From: Octopus vulgaris
Taxonomy: Eukaryota
Reading direction: 5' to 3'
Length of the DNA stretch: 64,000 bases
NCBI GenBank assembly: GCA_951406725.2
Contig: OX597825.1
Location: 89,280,001 to 89,344,000 of the forward strand
The notes under the pieces were generated by a model. That model made no database searches. It saw nothing but the letters and a program-made list of their open reading frames with translations, and was not told where the DNA came from. Each line of letters opens with the position of its first letter. Positions within the stretch are counted from its first letter, which is position 1. Made by a program: the position numbers and the translations under genes. Positions 30,036 through 45,066 of the stretch are shown piece after piece.

Positions 30036-30039
<4 letters not shown>
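28237..30039 (+). mobile_element. LINE family A, 5'-truncated, with a 437-bp internal deletion
   Basis: RT motifs [31 protein letters not shown]; junction at 29736/29737 relative to the 20643 copy. Confidence 0.94.
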
Positions 30040-31676
<1,637 letters not shown>

Positions 31677-31679
31677 TGA

Positions 31680-32668
31680 CAAATACCCGGATAGCAACTC
31701 TGGCAAGATATGCAGACGGTACGAAAATATCGCAGAAAATACAGAACCCCAGCGATGGGCTGAGGATAATAATATGTAGTTTAATGCTGAAATATTCCAG
31801 GACCTGCGCTACCAGCATCCATAACTGATTATTAAACTTACAGGATACACTGGTCCACAGGGAATTTTAATCCCAGACCATAAGTCTGTGAGGGACCTGT
31901 GTATCGACGTGAGTGATGATACCTCTTTCCAAGTGCACATCACCAGGATGGTGACAAAATGCAGACGACTGGCTGGGTGGATCCTAAGAATATTCAGAAC
32001 CAGACATAAGGAAACCATCATGGTCCTCTGACGGACATTCGTCCTCAGCCGCCTGGATTACTGCTCACAGCTATGGTCACCCACCAGTATACAATCAACA
32101 GCGGACCTTGAAGCAATCCAGAGAAGATTCACACAGAAGATCGTCTCTTTGGAACAGCTCAACTACTGGGAAAGGTTGAAACCGCTAAGACTCTACTCCC
32201 TGGAGAGAAGCCTGGAGAGGTATGCAGTAATATATGTCTGGAAGATCCTGGAAGGAATTGTGCCAAATTTTGGCAGTGTAAGCTACACCAATGCTAGAAC
32301 GGGACGGCACCGCATTGTGCTAACATTCCCAGCAATGTCATCACGCTTCAAGACCAGCTTCTGCAACAGCCTGGGTTTCAGGGGCCCACAGCTTTTTAAT
32401 ATTCTCCCAAAGAGTCTGAGGAACTTGCACAAAGTAGATGTAGTGGCTTTTAAATCAAAGCTGGACATCTTCCTATCGAGAGTCCCAGATGAACCTATCT
32501 CACGGCAAGAGGTGCAAATGAGAGTAGCTATGTCAAACTCCATTCTTCAGCAAGTGCCACATATTAGAGGAGGTTCTTCGTAATAACAGTGTAGCACAAA
32601 ACGGCGGTGCATCAGCATGGCCGCTGCTCTAAGCTGAAACAAGCAAAAGAACAAAAAACAGAAAAAAC
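31680..32668 (+). mobile_element. LINE family A (subfamily 2) 3' part
   Basis: [31 protein letters not shown]; similar to 58422-59440. Confidence 0.92.
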
Positions 32669-32783
32669 ATACATATATATATATATATAAATATATATAT
32701 ACACACACACACATATATATATGCATATATATATGTATATATATGCATATATATATGTATATATATATATACATATGTATATA

Positions 32784-32824
<41 letters not shown>

Positions 32825-32992
32825 ATATATATATGTATGTATATATATATGTATGTATATATATGTATATATATATATATGTATGTATATATATATGTAT
32901 GTATATATATATATATATGTATATATATATAGTATATATATATATGTATATATATATATGTATATATATATGTATGTATATATATATGTATG

Positions 32993-33024
<32 letters not shown>

Positions 33025-33164
33025 TATATATATGTATATATATATATGTATGTATATATATATGTATATATATATATGTATGTATATATATATGTATATA
33101 TGTATGTATATATATATGTATATATATATGTATATATGTATGTATATATGTATGTATATATGTA

Positions 33165-33196
<32 letters not shown>

Positions 33197-33197
33197 C

Positions 33198-33262
<65 letters not shown>
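32669..33262. repeat. (TA)n/(TATG)n tract
   Basis: Directly visible. Confidence 0.97.
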
Positions 33263-33265
<3 letters not shown>

Positions 33266-33464
33266 GATATGACATAGTTGTGTAATTTACATGATTGGTC
33301 ATTAGCAATAACTGAAAGGTAAAGCTGTCAAGTGTAGTATTAGTAGTAAGGACATAAAGCAATGAAATTAATAAGTCAAGACAGTTCCTTCAGTTGTTTT
33401 CCTTGGCGCATTCAATCCATTTTCCTCGTTTATAATATTATATGGTTAACTCCCACACAAACAC

Positions 33465-33617
33465 TCATATGTTAAGAATTTCGTACAAAATCACAAATTC
33501 CTAGGTTACATACCAATGCGTATCATCTTGGTCAAGCGTCATTTAACATTAACTCAAGTCAACCCAAACCTGGTCTATGAAATTGAGACGGTGGAACCCG
33601 TGTAGAAATTCGTCGAG
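33465..33617 (+). mobile_element. Old decayed SINE S1-like head/core
   Basis: gcgtatcatcttggtcaagcgtcatt resembles the S1 core gcgtggcatcttgggcaagtgtctt. Confidence 0.4.
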
Positions 33618-35359
33618 CTGTTGGAATCCTGTCTTGTATAAGTTCAATTTTGTCAAGCTGTATCCTGCCGTTTCCACTTGAATGCCAATGGCATACCTCT
33701 GGATACTTTTTAGTCACTTATGCTTAGTACATGGGAAGATAATTCAGGTAACGGAACAACCGAATAACAATCAACGAAACCAATGGATTATATGTGTGCG
33801 TATGAGAGAGAAAGTCTGCTCTTGAGTTCTACAGATGTAACCCAGTAAGAACTGTTGCAAAACTGGGTCATTAGCGGCTAAAACAGTGACACTACAAAAC
33901 CTGCTTCGTGAGCGGAATAGTTCTTGGATGCACTGCCGGAGAATACCAAGGCTCATCAAAAGTTGGATGGACTCAGATGGAGCAACGGTCACCCAATTAC
34001 ATGATGTATTTATATGTACAAGTACTTAGAAATTTCTGGTTTGGCATGCAGGCGCAAATTTTGCTTACCCTTTTCGGTTTAGACTCTACACCGCGTTGAA
34101 GATAATATCCAGGAGTTGAACTTTAATATAAAAACGCTATTAAATGAGTCATTGATTGGTTTAAATTGCCGAAATACAAGAAATTAAACAAGAAATAGCT
34201 TACAAACTACAGAATTTTCTCAAGAACGCCCAGAGAAAAAGATGTTTTATGTGACACATTCTACCAGTATACGAAGTTTAGAAGTGTTTAGTTATAAAAA
34301 AATTATTTTTAAAATCTGCCGATCAAAGTGAAAAGATCCGTGCGAGCTGGTTGCCGTAGACAATACACGGAGACAGGTCAAAGGAAGAAGTCTGCTACTT
34401 ACTCAGTTTATGTTCAATATTTAGCTTTGGTGTATATGTACTATGCAAATTTCGTATTGGTTTGCACTCCGCTAGGAAAAGTTATCTCATAGGATAAAAA
34501 CAGATGCCCAACGTGTTTGTAACTAGCGTCGCTTTCATTTTATATTGGATGTAAGTGAAAAGTTATTGAGTGACTTAAGAATCAATAATTAATACCCATA
34601 CTGGTATATTTAATTTCTGAATCAGTAGGTCAACACTTTCTAACGAACATAGTAGCTATCGAGTAATTACTGAGGTTGTATCATATAGTTCTATTAATGG
34701 GCGTTATGTAAGAAATTCATTCGAGGAGCAGTTGTCTGGTAACAGCGATAACAAAAGGGCATCACGCATATAGTAATGGTAGCCGACATTCGTGTGGAGT
34801 AGCAGGGTAATCCACGCTCAGATAAGTAAGCAGCAAGATAATATAAATTGTATTTCAACAGCAGCTGATAGCTGAATCAGTTGAGTAGGTCGAAAGTAAC
34901 GATGTCGCATATTTGTCGTAACTATGAGAGAGCAGCGTGTGATCTTTTAGTAAAAATATCAGCAAAGAATATGTCTCATTTTGTCTGCGCTTGTGTTTAG
35001 CCTGATTGTTAGTTGTGATTTAGGAGACTCACGATCACAGACATTCTACCAATGATTATCCAGTCTTTTATTCTTCCAGTATTCTTCTAGGTTGTCTACA
35101 CCCTAGAAGCAATAAACAAACATACTTCATGAAATTGAACGAAAATGATTAAGGTATAAACTAAATGATTTCAGTAATCATAAATTATTTACTTTCTTTA
35201 ATATACATTAGAATTACTTTGGGGCTCATTTGACTTTATAGAGGAATTCATAAATATGATGCAGAAATATGTTCAACATAATTTAAAATTGAAATTGTGT
35301 TTTTCTGATTACATGAACGAAATTCTCCCGAATGGACTTAACGAAATCCCCTCATATTT

Positions 35360-35501
35360 ATTTCTTTATTGCCCACAAGGGGCTAAACATAAAGAAGACA
35401 AACAAGGACAAACAAAGGGATTGTCTATTACATCGACCACAGTGCGTAACTGGTATTTATTTGATCGACCCCGAAAGGATGAAAGGCAAAGTCGGCCTCG
35501 A
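35360..35501 (-). mobile_element. SINE S4 3' half
   Basis: Matches 12518-12660. Confidence 0.8.
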
Positions 35502-36494
35502 TATCACCTCATATTAAAAGACGATATAATCTATTATGTATTTTGAAATTTAAGTCAGAATCGTTTCTTGCAATTCTAATTTATTTTAGAGGTATTTTAT
35601 GGTGTAGTTATAACAGTGTATATGGTATTTTATTCCAGTTAGATTTTCTACAAACCGTATTTGAGAGTATGTATTTCCATTTATCACTTTTAATATTTAT
35701 TTCGCTAGTAATAAGCACCAGATTTATCGGGCAAATATATATTAAATCGATACTGTAATATGGCTAGAATGACGTCATTGCATTTGTAGGGATAAAACAA
35801 AGACAAGGGTAATTCTAGTAGGATTTTAAAACCAGATTGTTATCTAGCACATAAAATATATGCATTTAATAGTCAACATCATTATTTGACATTTTACTGG
35901 AGAGACAGAAACATCCTTATTCGAGTATATATACAGAGCTGAGTATTTTTCCACTTCCTGTCTCTCTGTTAATATAACTCATCTTAACGATCATGGTGCC
36001 ATTGATATGATTCACCAGCATTAACAAATAGTTCATGCATTCATTTTAAAAACGAAAGGTTATAATTAAAATAAGGAAATTAATTGAATTGCTCTAAAAA
36101 TATACAGGCTTTGCTATATTTTCCTTATATTTAATCCAGTAACACTAAAAAGTTTATTTTGCTAAGATTATTCTAGGAATGAGCTAACCGACAAAAGAAG
36201 TCTAAGGCATATCAGTGCTCTAACGTCTCAACTGCTGCAATTCGATTATGTATATTCGTTCGAACTACAAGAAACAACAGCCAAATCTGAAATCCTTTTC
36301 CAATGTTCTGTTAGATAATTAGTACTTGATTCCACCAACGAAGTGTACGTTCACGGTTGAATTTACTAGTTTTTCACTTCCATGTTACATCAGATATAAT
36401 CTGGGTCTAAAGAACGCCAACACTTAGAAACTTAATATTTCTGCCTTTAGAAAGGATAGTTGTTTTTTTATATCTTATGGTATTTGAAAATATT

Positions 36495-36672
36495 CTTTTC
36501 CACTCTAGGCGCAAGATCCGGAATTTGTGGAAAGGGGACAACTGGTACTTAATTTAGCGACCCCCGAAAGGATGAAAGGCAAAGTCTACCTCGGTGGAAT
36601 TTGAATTCAGAACGTAAAAACAGACAAAATACCACTAAGCATTTTGCCCGGCATGCTAACGTTTCTGCCAGT
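36495..36672 (-). mobile_element. SINE S4 copy
   Basis: ccgaaaggatgaaaggcaaagtctacctcggtggaatttgaa...gctaacgtttctgccag. Confidence 0.8.
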
Positions 36673-38617
36673 TGAAAATATTACAATGAAGGTCCTGGTA
36701 CAATAACAATTTTTCATTTTTTTCTCATTTGACATCAAGTGCTCAATATATTACCTGGAGAGATGTGTTGCCAGAACCTTTATCTTTCGAAAATTAAACT
36801 GTCCTGAGTTCTTATACCGTCGAAATTAGTTTTACTTTTCATCCTTCCGGCTTTCATATAATAAAGTACTGGGAAAGGTGAGGTGCAATCAACTTTACAC
36901 CGCTGAGAAATATTAGGTTACAAATCCTTGGATTAGAACAGGTTGCTTTATAATCAGAATCGCAACAGTGCTGGATCAAATTTTTGCGGAATGTATTATG
37001 TTATGTCACATCCACTCATACTCTTAATTGAAATTATGCTTTCCTCAATTTGCCTTTTATGCTTTTCTGTTCGACAAAGTAAAGCAGTGATAATGACTAT
37101 ACTTTTTCAAAATTTATGACCTTATTCTTACGTTAGAAATCATTTTCTATTCCTTTTTTTAAAAATTGAGATGAAGTGTGGTTGAATGTAGAACAACATT
37201 ATTAATATAATCGCTAATGTGACCGGCAGGAAATGTTTAATTACTCAAAACTTTGTTTGCATTCAATGGGATAAGCTTGGGTTGAAAACTTGAAAGTGCG
37301 TACGATAGACAAGGGAGGCAACTCTTATTATAATCAAATATAGGTCGAGCATGAAAATCTAGGAAAGCATGGGTGTACACTAAGTTTCACCTCGTTATAA
37401 TCTGGTTTGCACACGGAGAACTATTGTACCTACCTATCACGCAGACACACGCACACATGCACACACGCACACAGACACGTGTGTAACCAAACATTGTATG
37501 GTCTTTAAGACTGTTAAAACTGTTAAATTCGTTAAAATGTCATATAAACAAGAATTCTTTGAAAGCATCCATCTATAAGATTTCTGGGTATCAAGTATTT
37601 TGTAGTATCTGTCAAATTGAATACTTTCATGATATCGGAAGTAGGGGTTGCTCTTCTACTCAGTCAACCATTGAGAGGAACTGTCAAGATGTTTCTCTTT
37701 CCCAGTTATTGTGTTCTTTATGTGCCATTAACCTTTTTTCTCTCTGAAAAAGTGGCTTTAATAGTAAATACAGCAAAAGGCAATAAATTGTTTCCATTAA
37801 ACGGTTTGTTTGGCAATTAATCTATTTAATCAACATGTTAGAGTTACATCCCTTTTTACTCAAAACCGTTTTTTTTCTTTTTCGTTCATATGGTCAATAT
37901 AAACTTTTAAACATCTCAAAGGTGGTTTGCCATATGTTCATAGTCTGATAAGTGAAAAAGTAAGAGAATGCAATGATTTTGCTTCGAGGGGAATACGAGC
38001 CCAGGATTTGATTGTATTGGTTATACTGTAGTCAGAATATCCAATAATTCCCACAACATATTCTGTCCACTGGTTATCTAGTGCTGCCACGGATATCTTG
38101 TCCAGAAGGATATCCAATGATGGGGAATTTGTGTTTTGATTTTTTTCTTTTGACATGGCTGAAGTATGAAATGATAAAACATTGTGGTTTCGTTTTATAT
38201 TTTCTGACAAAAAAATATTAAAATATAGGTTATTTTCTGTTGCACTGACAATTGCATCTACATATGGATGGATCGTTATTAATATAGACTATCAGCCACT
38301 GATTTCTATTTGTCATTTTGAGGTTAAGATGAAAACATTGTTGGGATGGGAAAATTAGCAGAACAAAATTCTGTTTTAGATGTGTAGTAGCTCATAATGT
38401 ATTTTTTATATGAATATATCAATGATATTTTAATATCTTTCACGATGATATCATTAATGATAAATACTATATTTGAGGGCAACAAGTTAAAGGATGACAA
38501 ATGCAATCCTGTGCTTATTGACACATATTTCAATGACTAACAACATGGTCTGAAAAATGTTTAGACTCTCTCTTTCTATTTTCTTATCTCTCCTCTCCCT
38601 CTTTTGATCTCTTTTCC

Positions 38618-38618
38618 T

Positions 38619-38655
<37 letters not shown>

Positions 38656-38747
38656 ATATATATATATATATATATAGATATATATATATAGATATATCTG
38701 TCTGTTTGTCTCTCTGTCTATCTATCTATCTACTGTCTATATATCTG

Positions 38748-38819
<72 letters not shown>

Positions 38820-38831
38820 CATATCTGTCTA

Positions 38832-38863
<32 letters not shown>

Positions 38864-38927
38864 CCTATATATCTGTCTATCTATCTATCTGTCTATTTAT
38901 CTATCTGTCTATCTATCTGTCTATCTG

Positions 38928-38979
<52 letters not shown>

Positions 38980-39015
38980 CCTATATATCTGTCTATCTAT
39001 CTACCTATATATATG

Positions 39016-39082
<67 letters not shown>

Positions 39083-39100
39083 GTCTGTCTGTCTGTCTTA
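38618..39100. repeat. (TATC)n/(TGTC)n tetranucleotide microsatellite
   Basis: Directly visible. Confidence 0.97.
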
Positions 39101-40948
39101 CGCATACTAAGATTATGCCTCATGCTGCTCATTGAACGAGTCCGCAACTTTGGTATGAGAACGAACTTTCTATATGGCAGGAAATTATCATAGAATAAGT
39201 CACTCCGCTGCTATGACTGTACAGACATTGTCTCTGTTGAAATATACGTAAATTACATCAATCAATGCTTCAAGATGAAAGCAATATCCACGCGCCAACT
39301 AACCGTTCGCTTTCCTTATAACGAATGTCTTTATGCCAAGATCTGTAAATTGTTAATCATAAATATTTGATTATGGTCAGTTTATTTTGTACAATGTTTT
39401 GAGTTATAAGTGAAACAAAATGTTAATAATTTTAAATATATATGCAACATATCCAAATGGCAATATTCCAATAAATATTTCAATATAGTTTTGTTAGGCA
39501 TCAACACATGCCAGAGAAATAAACCATACATTCTAACTGAAGCTCAGTAAATCGTGACGTAGATCAGTTTTTTTTTTAGAATAAGTGATGCATATCATAT
39601 TCTGTTTTACCATCATTTCGCCTTTTTGCTACGTTACTTTGTTTTTGTTTTTTTAAGTTGAGGCTATTGTGAAAATATAAGATTTTCAATTGAATGTGTA
39701 AAATCAATAAAACGTAAATGGATGAGGAAATTTGTTCGTAAAACCTACAACTAAAGCAATAATTGTTTCACTTGACTTAAAGTGTAACCTTTAACATCCT
39801 GGTAACTTTATTGGTGATTCAGTGTAAACTATCAAGCCTACCAACTTATCACGTCTAAGATATTGATATTAGCGATATTTAATTCAGGATAGAAGAATCT
39901 ATTTCATTATCGAGTTGTCGCTCTAAATTATTCCACTTGAAGGAATTATGCAAGCCTCTATGGTTTCCATGATAAATTATCATTAGATGCAGAGTTATTG
40001 AGATGAAGGCAACTTATGAGTTTCCTGAAGTAATATACACAATGAACTTATCCGTTGTTGCTGCTATTACTGCTTAGCTGACGTAATTAGTATAGCAAAA
40101 TTACCAATGTACCGAACTAATATTTCATGCCGTGAATCTCTATTATAAACCTGCTGAGATTAACTTCACTCTGCAGCTGATTTCACACTTAATACCAGAT
40201 ATGTACATTGTCACCTCAATCCATTATACATTACTATTAAATTTTTTGGTGCAATAACATTATCAGCACTCATTAATATTCACATTCTTCTAAAGAAACA
40301 ACTATTATATTTAGAAACAGAACGATTATTCATGTTTTCTTTTTATTCTCATCTACAATATGATCAACGTAGTTTTCGTACATAATAATGTATACTAGTT
40401 CCACTTCAGATACTTAACTTTATTTAAATTACCCCGTAATTTTACATGTTAGTATGTAGAAAACATTTAGCGCATGTAATAACAACGGGATTGTCAATTC
40501 CGAAGCTTTTCGTTTGCTTTCGAAATAGTCAAACGATTAAAATACTCTCTAAACATAAAACTTGCAATATGAATATTGAATAGGAATCCAGACATGGGAA
40601 TTGCTCTCCAGCTTTAATCCAACACCTTTATGTTGATAATCTTCGAAAGCAAATTTTAACTTTTGCTACCCAACAACGAAGATACATCGAAATATCTACG
40701 TATCAAATTAAGCCCGTTAATAAAATCAATAATTGCATTATATGTTTATATCCATATATAAGTATGTGCAAGCATGCCGTCACACTCACGCACGCAAATA
40801 TTCTTAGTTGAACACCATATTAATGAGAAAATAATATGAAGTTGTGACAATATTTATTACTCAAGGGATTGGATAATATAAATTACTCTGCAATCGTCAG
40901 AAATATCGCATGAATTTCAGTGAGTTATTAACATGAAGTTGCAGTTAA

Positions 40949-41007
<59 letters not shown>

Positions 41008-44000
41008 CCATATTCATCGACATAAAATAAAAACGATGACAGGAGATAAATTGTGTTCATATCCTGTCGTTGATGTAAAGTTATTTTCCCGAACAGGACT
41101 TTTAAACTGAATTTTGTGTTTCAAACAAGCTCACGTCAGAATTGCTTCAGTTAACAGCAGAGTATAAAGACAAAGGTATGGATAAATAAAGGTTTCTGTT
41201 TCCAAGTAAATACGCGATTACCATCACAACCTTCGGGTAGTTATAATAAAAATGAATACGTTAATCTCATAATTAGAAGTTCGGGCCTATGCTATAGAAA
41301 ATTAATAATGCTATTTTGTGATAAGCAGCCTTTTCACAGGATTCTCACAACTACAATTAAAGTGAAATGGACTTAATGAGAATTTAAATCGGTTGTGGTG
41401 ATTATTTCATCGGGTTACGATCTATAAACCATTGCTTCTCTAAAGGAAAATAAATCCGTCTTGTCAGAAACGCTATATACGACACACTTTCGTGTACCGT
41501 TGATATTATGTAATATTTTTCTTCATTGCGAAATCATAGGTGAAAGTAATAAGATCTAATAAATATTATCTCGTACACTATTTTTGTTGTTCAGATCATT
41601 ATTATATCGTCATAACAATTGTTTCAGTTTTATGTCCCATAAAGGCTATATGTTGTTTGTAGGACAGATAAGGTTCCCCAAAAGCCTTTCCTTATTAGAT
41701 GGTTGGATTAAGAGAATCGGAAACAACTCAGATTCATGACTGACGCACTTTCTGTCAGTTTATATCAAAGTAACACCAGCAATAATCAAAATGGGAATGG
41801 TAATGACGATTATAAGAAGAAATTGTCATTTATTGACTACATACACCAATGAGTTAGAGCCGGTAGATTTACGAGATACAAGCTAGTTGGATGAGCTCGA
41901 TGAAAACCACGTTGAAATCAATATAAATAATGGATAATAAAACATGGACATGAAAATGTCTCCTGTTGAAGGACACCACTTGAAGAAATTCGGAACCAGC
42001 ATTTCATATTGTGTCCTTCTAATGTATCAGCAGCACCTTTGGTCAGAGGACATTTTAATATTCTTTTATAAACACTTACATGAAAGTTCTCAAGAAGTAC
42101 CCTCCTTGACGCTCAAAATAGTTCTAAGGTCATAGTCACTCACACTCTCCAGAACAGACAGATTGTAACTTACCGTCAACTGTATTGCTTAGGAGAGTCC
42201 CAAGTCCCTAGCAAAATTCCAGATGCTAAAACCCAGTCTCGATTCACACTTCACGCAGGACTGCAGTTCGCTAAAACAGTTGAGCTGCAGAAGCAAGTGT
42301 CGCAAAACATTGACCAAGATTATTCGACTTCATCCATTCGCTATATCCTCTAGGGTGCTATCAAGAGTATTTTCTAATCAAAACAAATTCAAGCATCTTC
42401 ATAACAGCGTCCTTTCAACAACAGAAATTGCTGCTGACCAGCATCGTCTTGTTACTTCAGTGCCTGAACTGAAAGCCCTTCTCCTTGTTCTACTCGCCTG
42501 GTACTAACGCTTCCAGTATGATGCTGAGTACCACCAGTTTTGTTCCCAACACCATAATGATGTCATGCACCTATTTAGGATACATTTTTCTTGTATCTTC
42601 GAGTCTCATGTTCCTCATTGTCTTCGACCAGCGCAATAATGCTTTCATTGTTAAATACAGCAGAGAAGAAAAGAGATATCGTTAGTACATAAGGACACGA
42701 TACTAAAGGCTTCTGATACGGTTCTGTTTAAATAAGCACCGAGATTACACTGCATAGTGTAGCGATTCAACTTCTGAAGGAAAGGCTGAAATAGGTCGAT
42801 CGTACAAAAGTTACAGGCTAGCTGAAGTCGATTTTGTCGTAATCTCTGTCAAATCCCCCGATAATTCGCGAAAAACCTCGCCACTCCTCATTGCCCTGAA
42901 ATGTTCTCGTACAGTAAAAGAAACACGCATCTAGATACCAGTAATTCTATAAATCTTCCGATAAGCTGGTGATTATTCTAAATACCTCTAGGCTAAACCA
43001 TTGCTGTTTGACTATGTGTATATTGGCGTAATATGTAGATCTAGACGATATTTTTCGAATACTTATTACCACCTGAACAGGTTTGCCAAGCTTTTGAACC
43101 ACTTCACCCTGCTCGTATTCATATACAATATTGCATAGGTTTGGTGTCATTCTCTTTGCTCATTAATACTAAGTAATGATTGGCTGTGTTTGACTTGAGA
43201 CGTCCGTCATTCAGCTCTTATTGAGTACACTGTTCTCTTTGTTCTTCATACAAGTACACTCAGCTATTATTCGGCCAAAGAAAATTGTTTAAACATCTAG
43301 TCTCAGAATTCTGACAGTGCTTCTGCTTTATTCCAGAAATAGCTTTATCTCGTAGGAAATTTCAGTGTTTCTGAAAGGTGCCACATCATAACAAAGTGCC
43401 ACGAACCTATGTGGATGAAATTGTTAAAAATAGCACACCAGGCAAAATGCTTTGTGACACTTTTTCTGTCTTTACATTCTGTTTCCAAGGGCAGTTTTGC
43501 CAATAATACAGACGCACCATTTCTATTCTTTTATTAGTTAAGTAAGTAAGTAGCCTGTAAAATAATCGATTTTTTAACTAACCTTTTGATCAATTTGCGT
43601 AATTAGTAAACCACTTGTTTTCTCCAAGTCAATTCGCTACAGTTCGTGTCCTCAGTGAGGTAATATTGTTGCTCCAAGTCTGTCATGATGTATACAATCT
43701 GTCTGTATCCATCGCCACAGAGCTACTCATAAAAGTGCTTGCACCAGCCAAAAAAGAAAAAAAAAAAAGCAGACACTGTGAGTCAGCATTGAATATATCT
43801 CCTATCAAAAGTGATGAAGTCTGGTTGTATAATTCACTTTTGTCTCTTTCTGTAGGACTGTTATGTAATTACGTCAGTTTTTATATATTTTCTACTAAAT
43901 GTGCTAATTGCCTCTGCTTCTTGTTATCTACCATATGGTTAATTGTTGCAGCATTTGTGAACTATCACAATACATGCTAATCTCATCCCTTTCGGCCATC

Positions 44001-45000
44001 TCTACAGTCGATTAAAATAATGTTGAAAGAATGGAACGTAAAAACAAATACGACAGGGCAGATTTCTTCAAGCAATAACAATTTCTGTACGAAACAAAAT
44101 TAATGAAGCAAACAACTGGCTTGATTATTAAGACGAACCAAATAACTAAGTCAGCTGAAATATAAACAATTATTTGCATTAAATTATAGAGGTATAAATA
44201 GACAACTCTCAAATAAAATATAACAACCTATCAGCCATGAGTGTAATTAACTGCACCAACAATCATGACCACTGCGATCATTACAAGCTTACCCCCATCA
44301 CACCGGTAATATTCAGAACAGTCTACAATTAGTCCCAGCAAAGAAGAACTTGTAGAATAGTGTAACGATGAATTTTCTCGAAGAATGAAAAGTTTAATAT
44401 TTTGGCCCTTTGGTCATTCAACCGAAGAATATGCGAATATATTGTTATTAACTTTTGGTTAGTATCTTCATAACTGTCATTTAGATTTACACACACACAC
44501 ACACACACGTATATATAAATTATGTGTGTGTGTGTGTGTATACAGAGGGAGAGAGAGAGAGAGATAAAGATGAAAATAAAGAAAAGAAGACCACTTGGGA
44601 TAGATATATAAAATATTCCTAAAAATATACTTGTAATAGAGACAATAACTGAAGATAATCAGACGATGAACATTCAGGTATGAATATATAGATATAAACT
44701 AACAGACCAGATTGACACGGAGTACACATACACAGAAAACTAAGTGCAGCAGGTATTGTATTTCAGATCCAACAGCTGTTTCTGGAGGCTCAGAATTACG
44801 CAATAATCTGGGCAAATGCTGTTCGCAAAAAATCAAGAATATGCAACCGGGGGTTATTGTATATAAGCATTAGTTAAATCTGGCTTCCGGTTTCAGAGTG
44901 GAATGATTGGTATCCAGTCTCAAATGCAGAATAGCTGTGAAAACAGTTTACAACGTCGAGTGAAATACCCTTGGAAAATGGGGAGAAAAGTGGCCAACAA

Positions 45001-45066
45001 GCTGCCACAGGGAATCGAACCCTGTACACGGTTTCGAAGTCAACTTTTTTAGCCATTCTATACTTG
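45001..45066 (-). other. Decayed tRNA-Arg(TCG)-like sequence, probably a SINE head
   Basis: aatggctaa..tgacttcgaa..ggttcgattccc; acceptor and anticodon stems do not pair. Confidence 0.45.

Noticed and set aside
34090-34340. Suspected octopus non-autonomous DNA repeat
   Set aside because: Recognised only from memory; single copy here with no visible TIR or TSD.
42000-43300. Possible ancient RT remnant (QG.. and YAN.. on the minus strand)
   Set aside because: Motifs are too degenerate to support without a search.
44768-44845. GAAACAGCTGTT half-motif on the minus strand
   Set aside because: The matching CUGANGA core is not recognisable.
45001-45066. Functional tRNA-Arg gene
   Set aside because: Cloverleaf stems do not pair; treated as a SINE-like relic.
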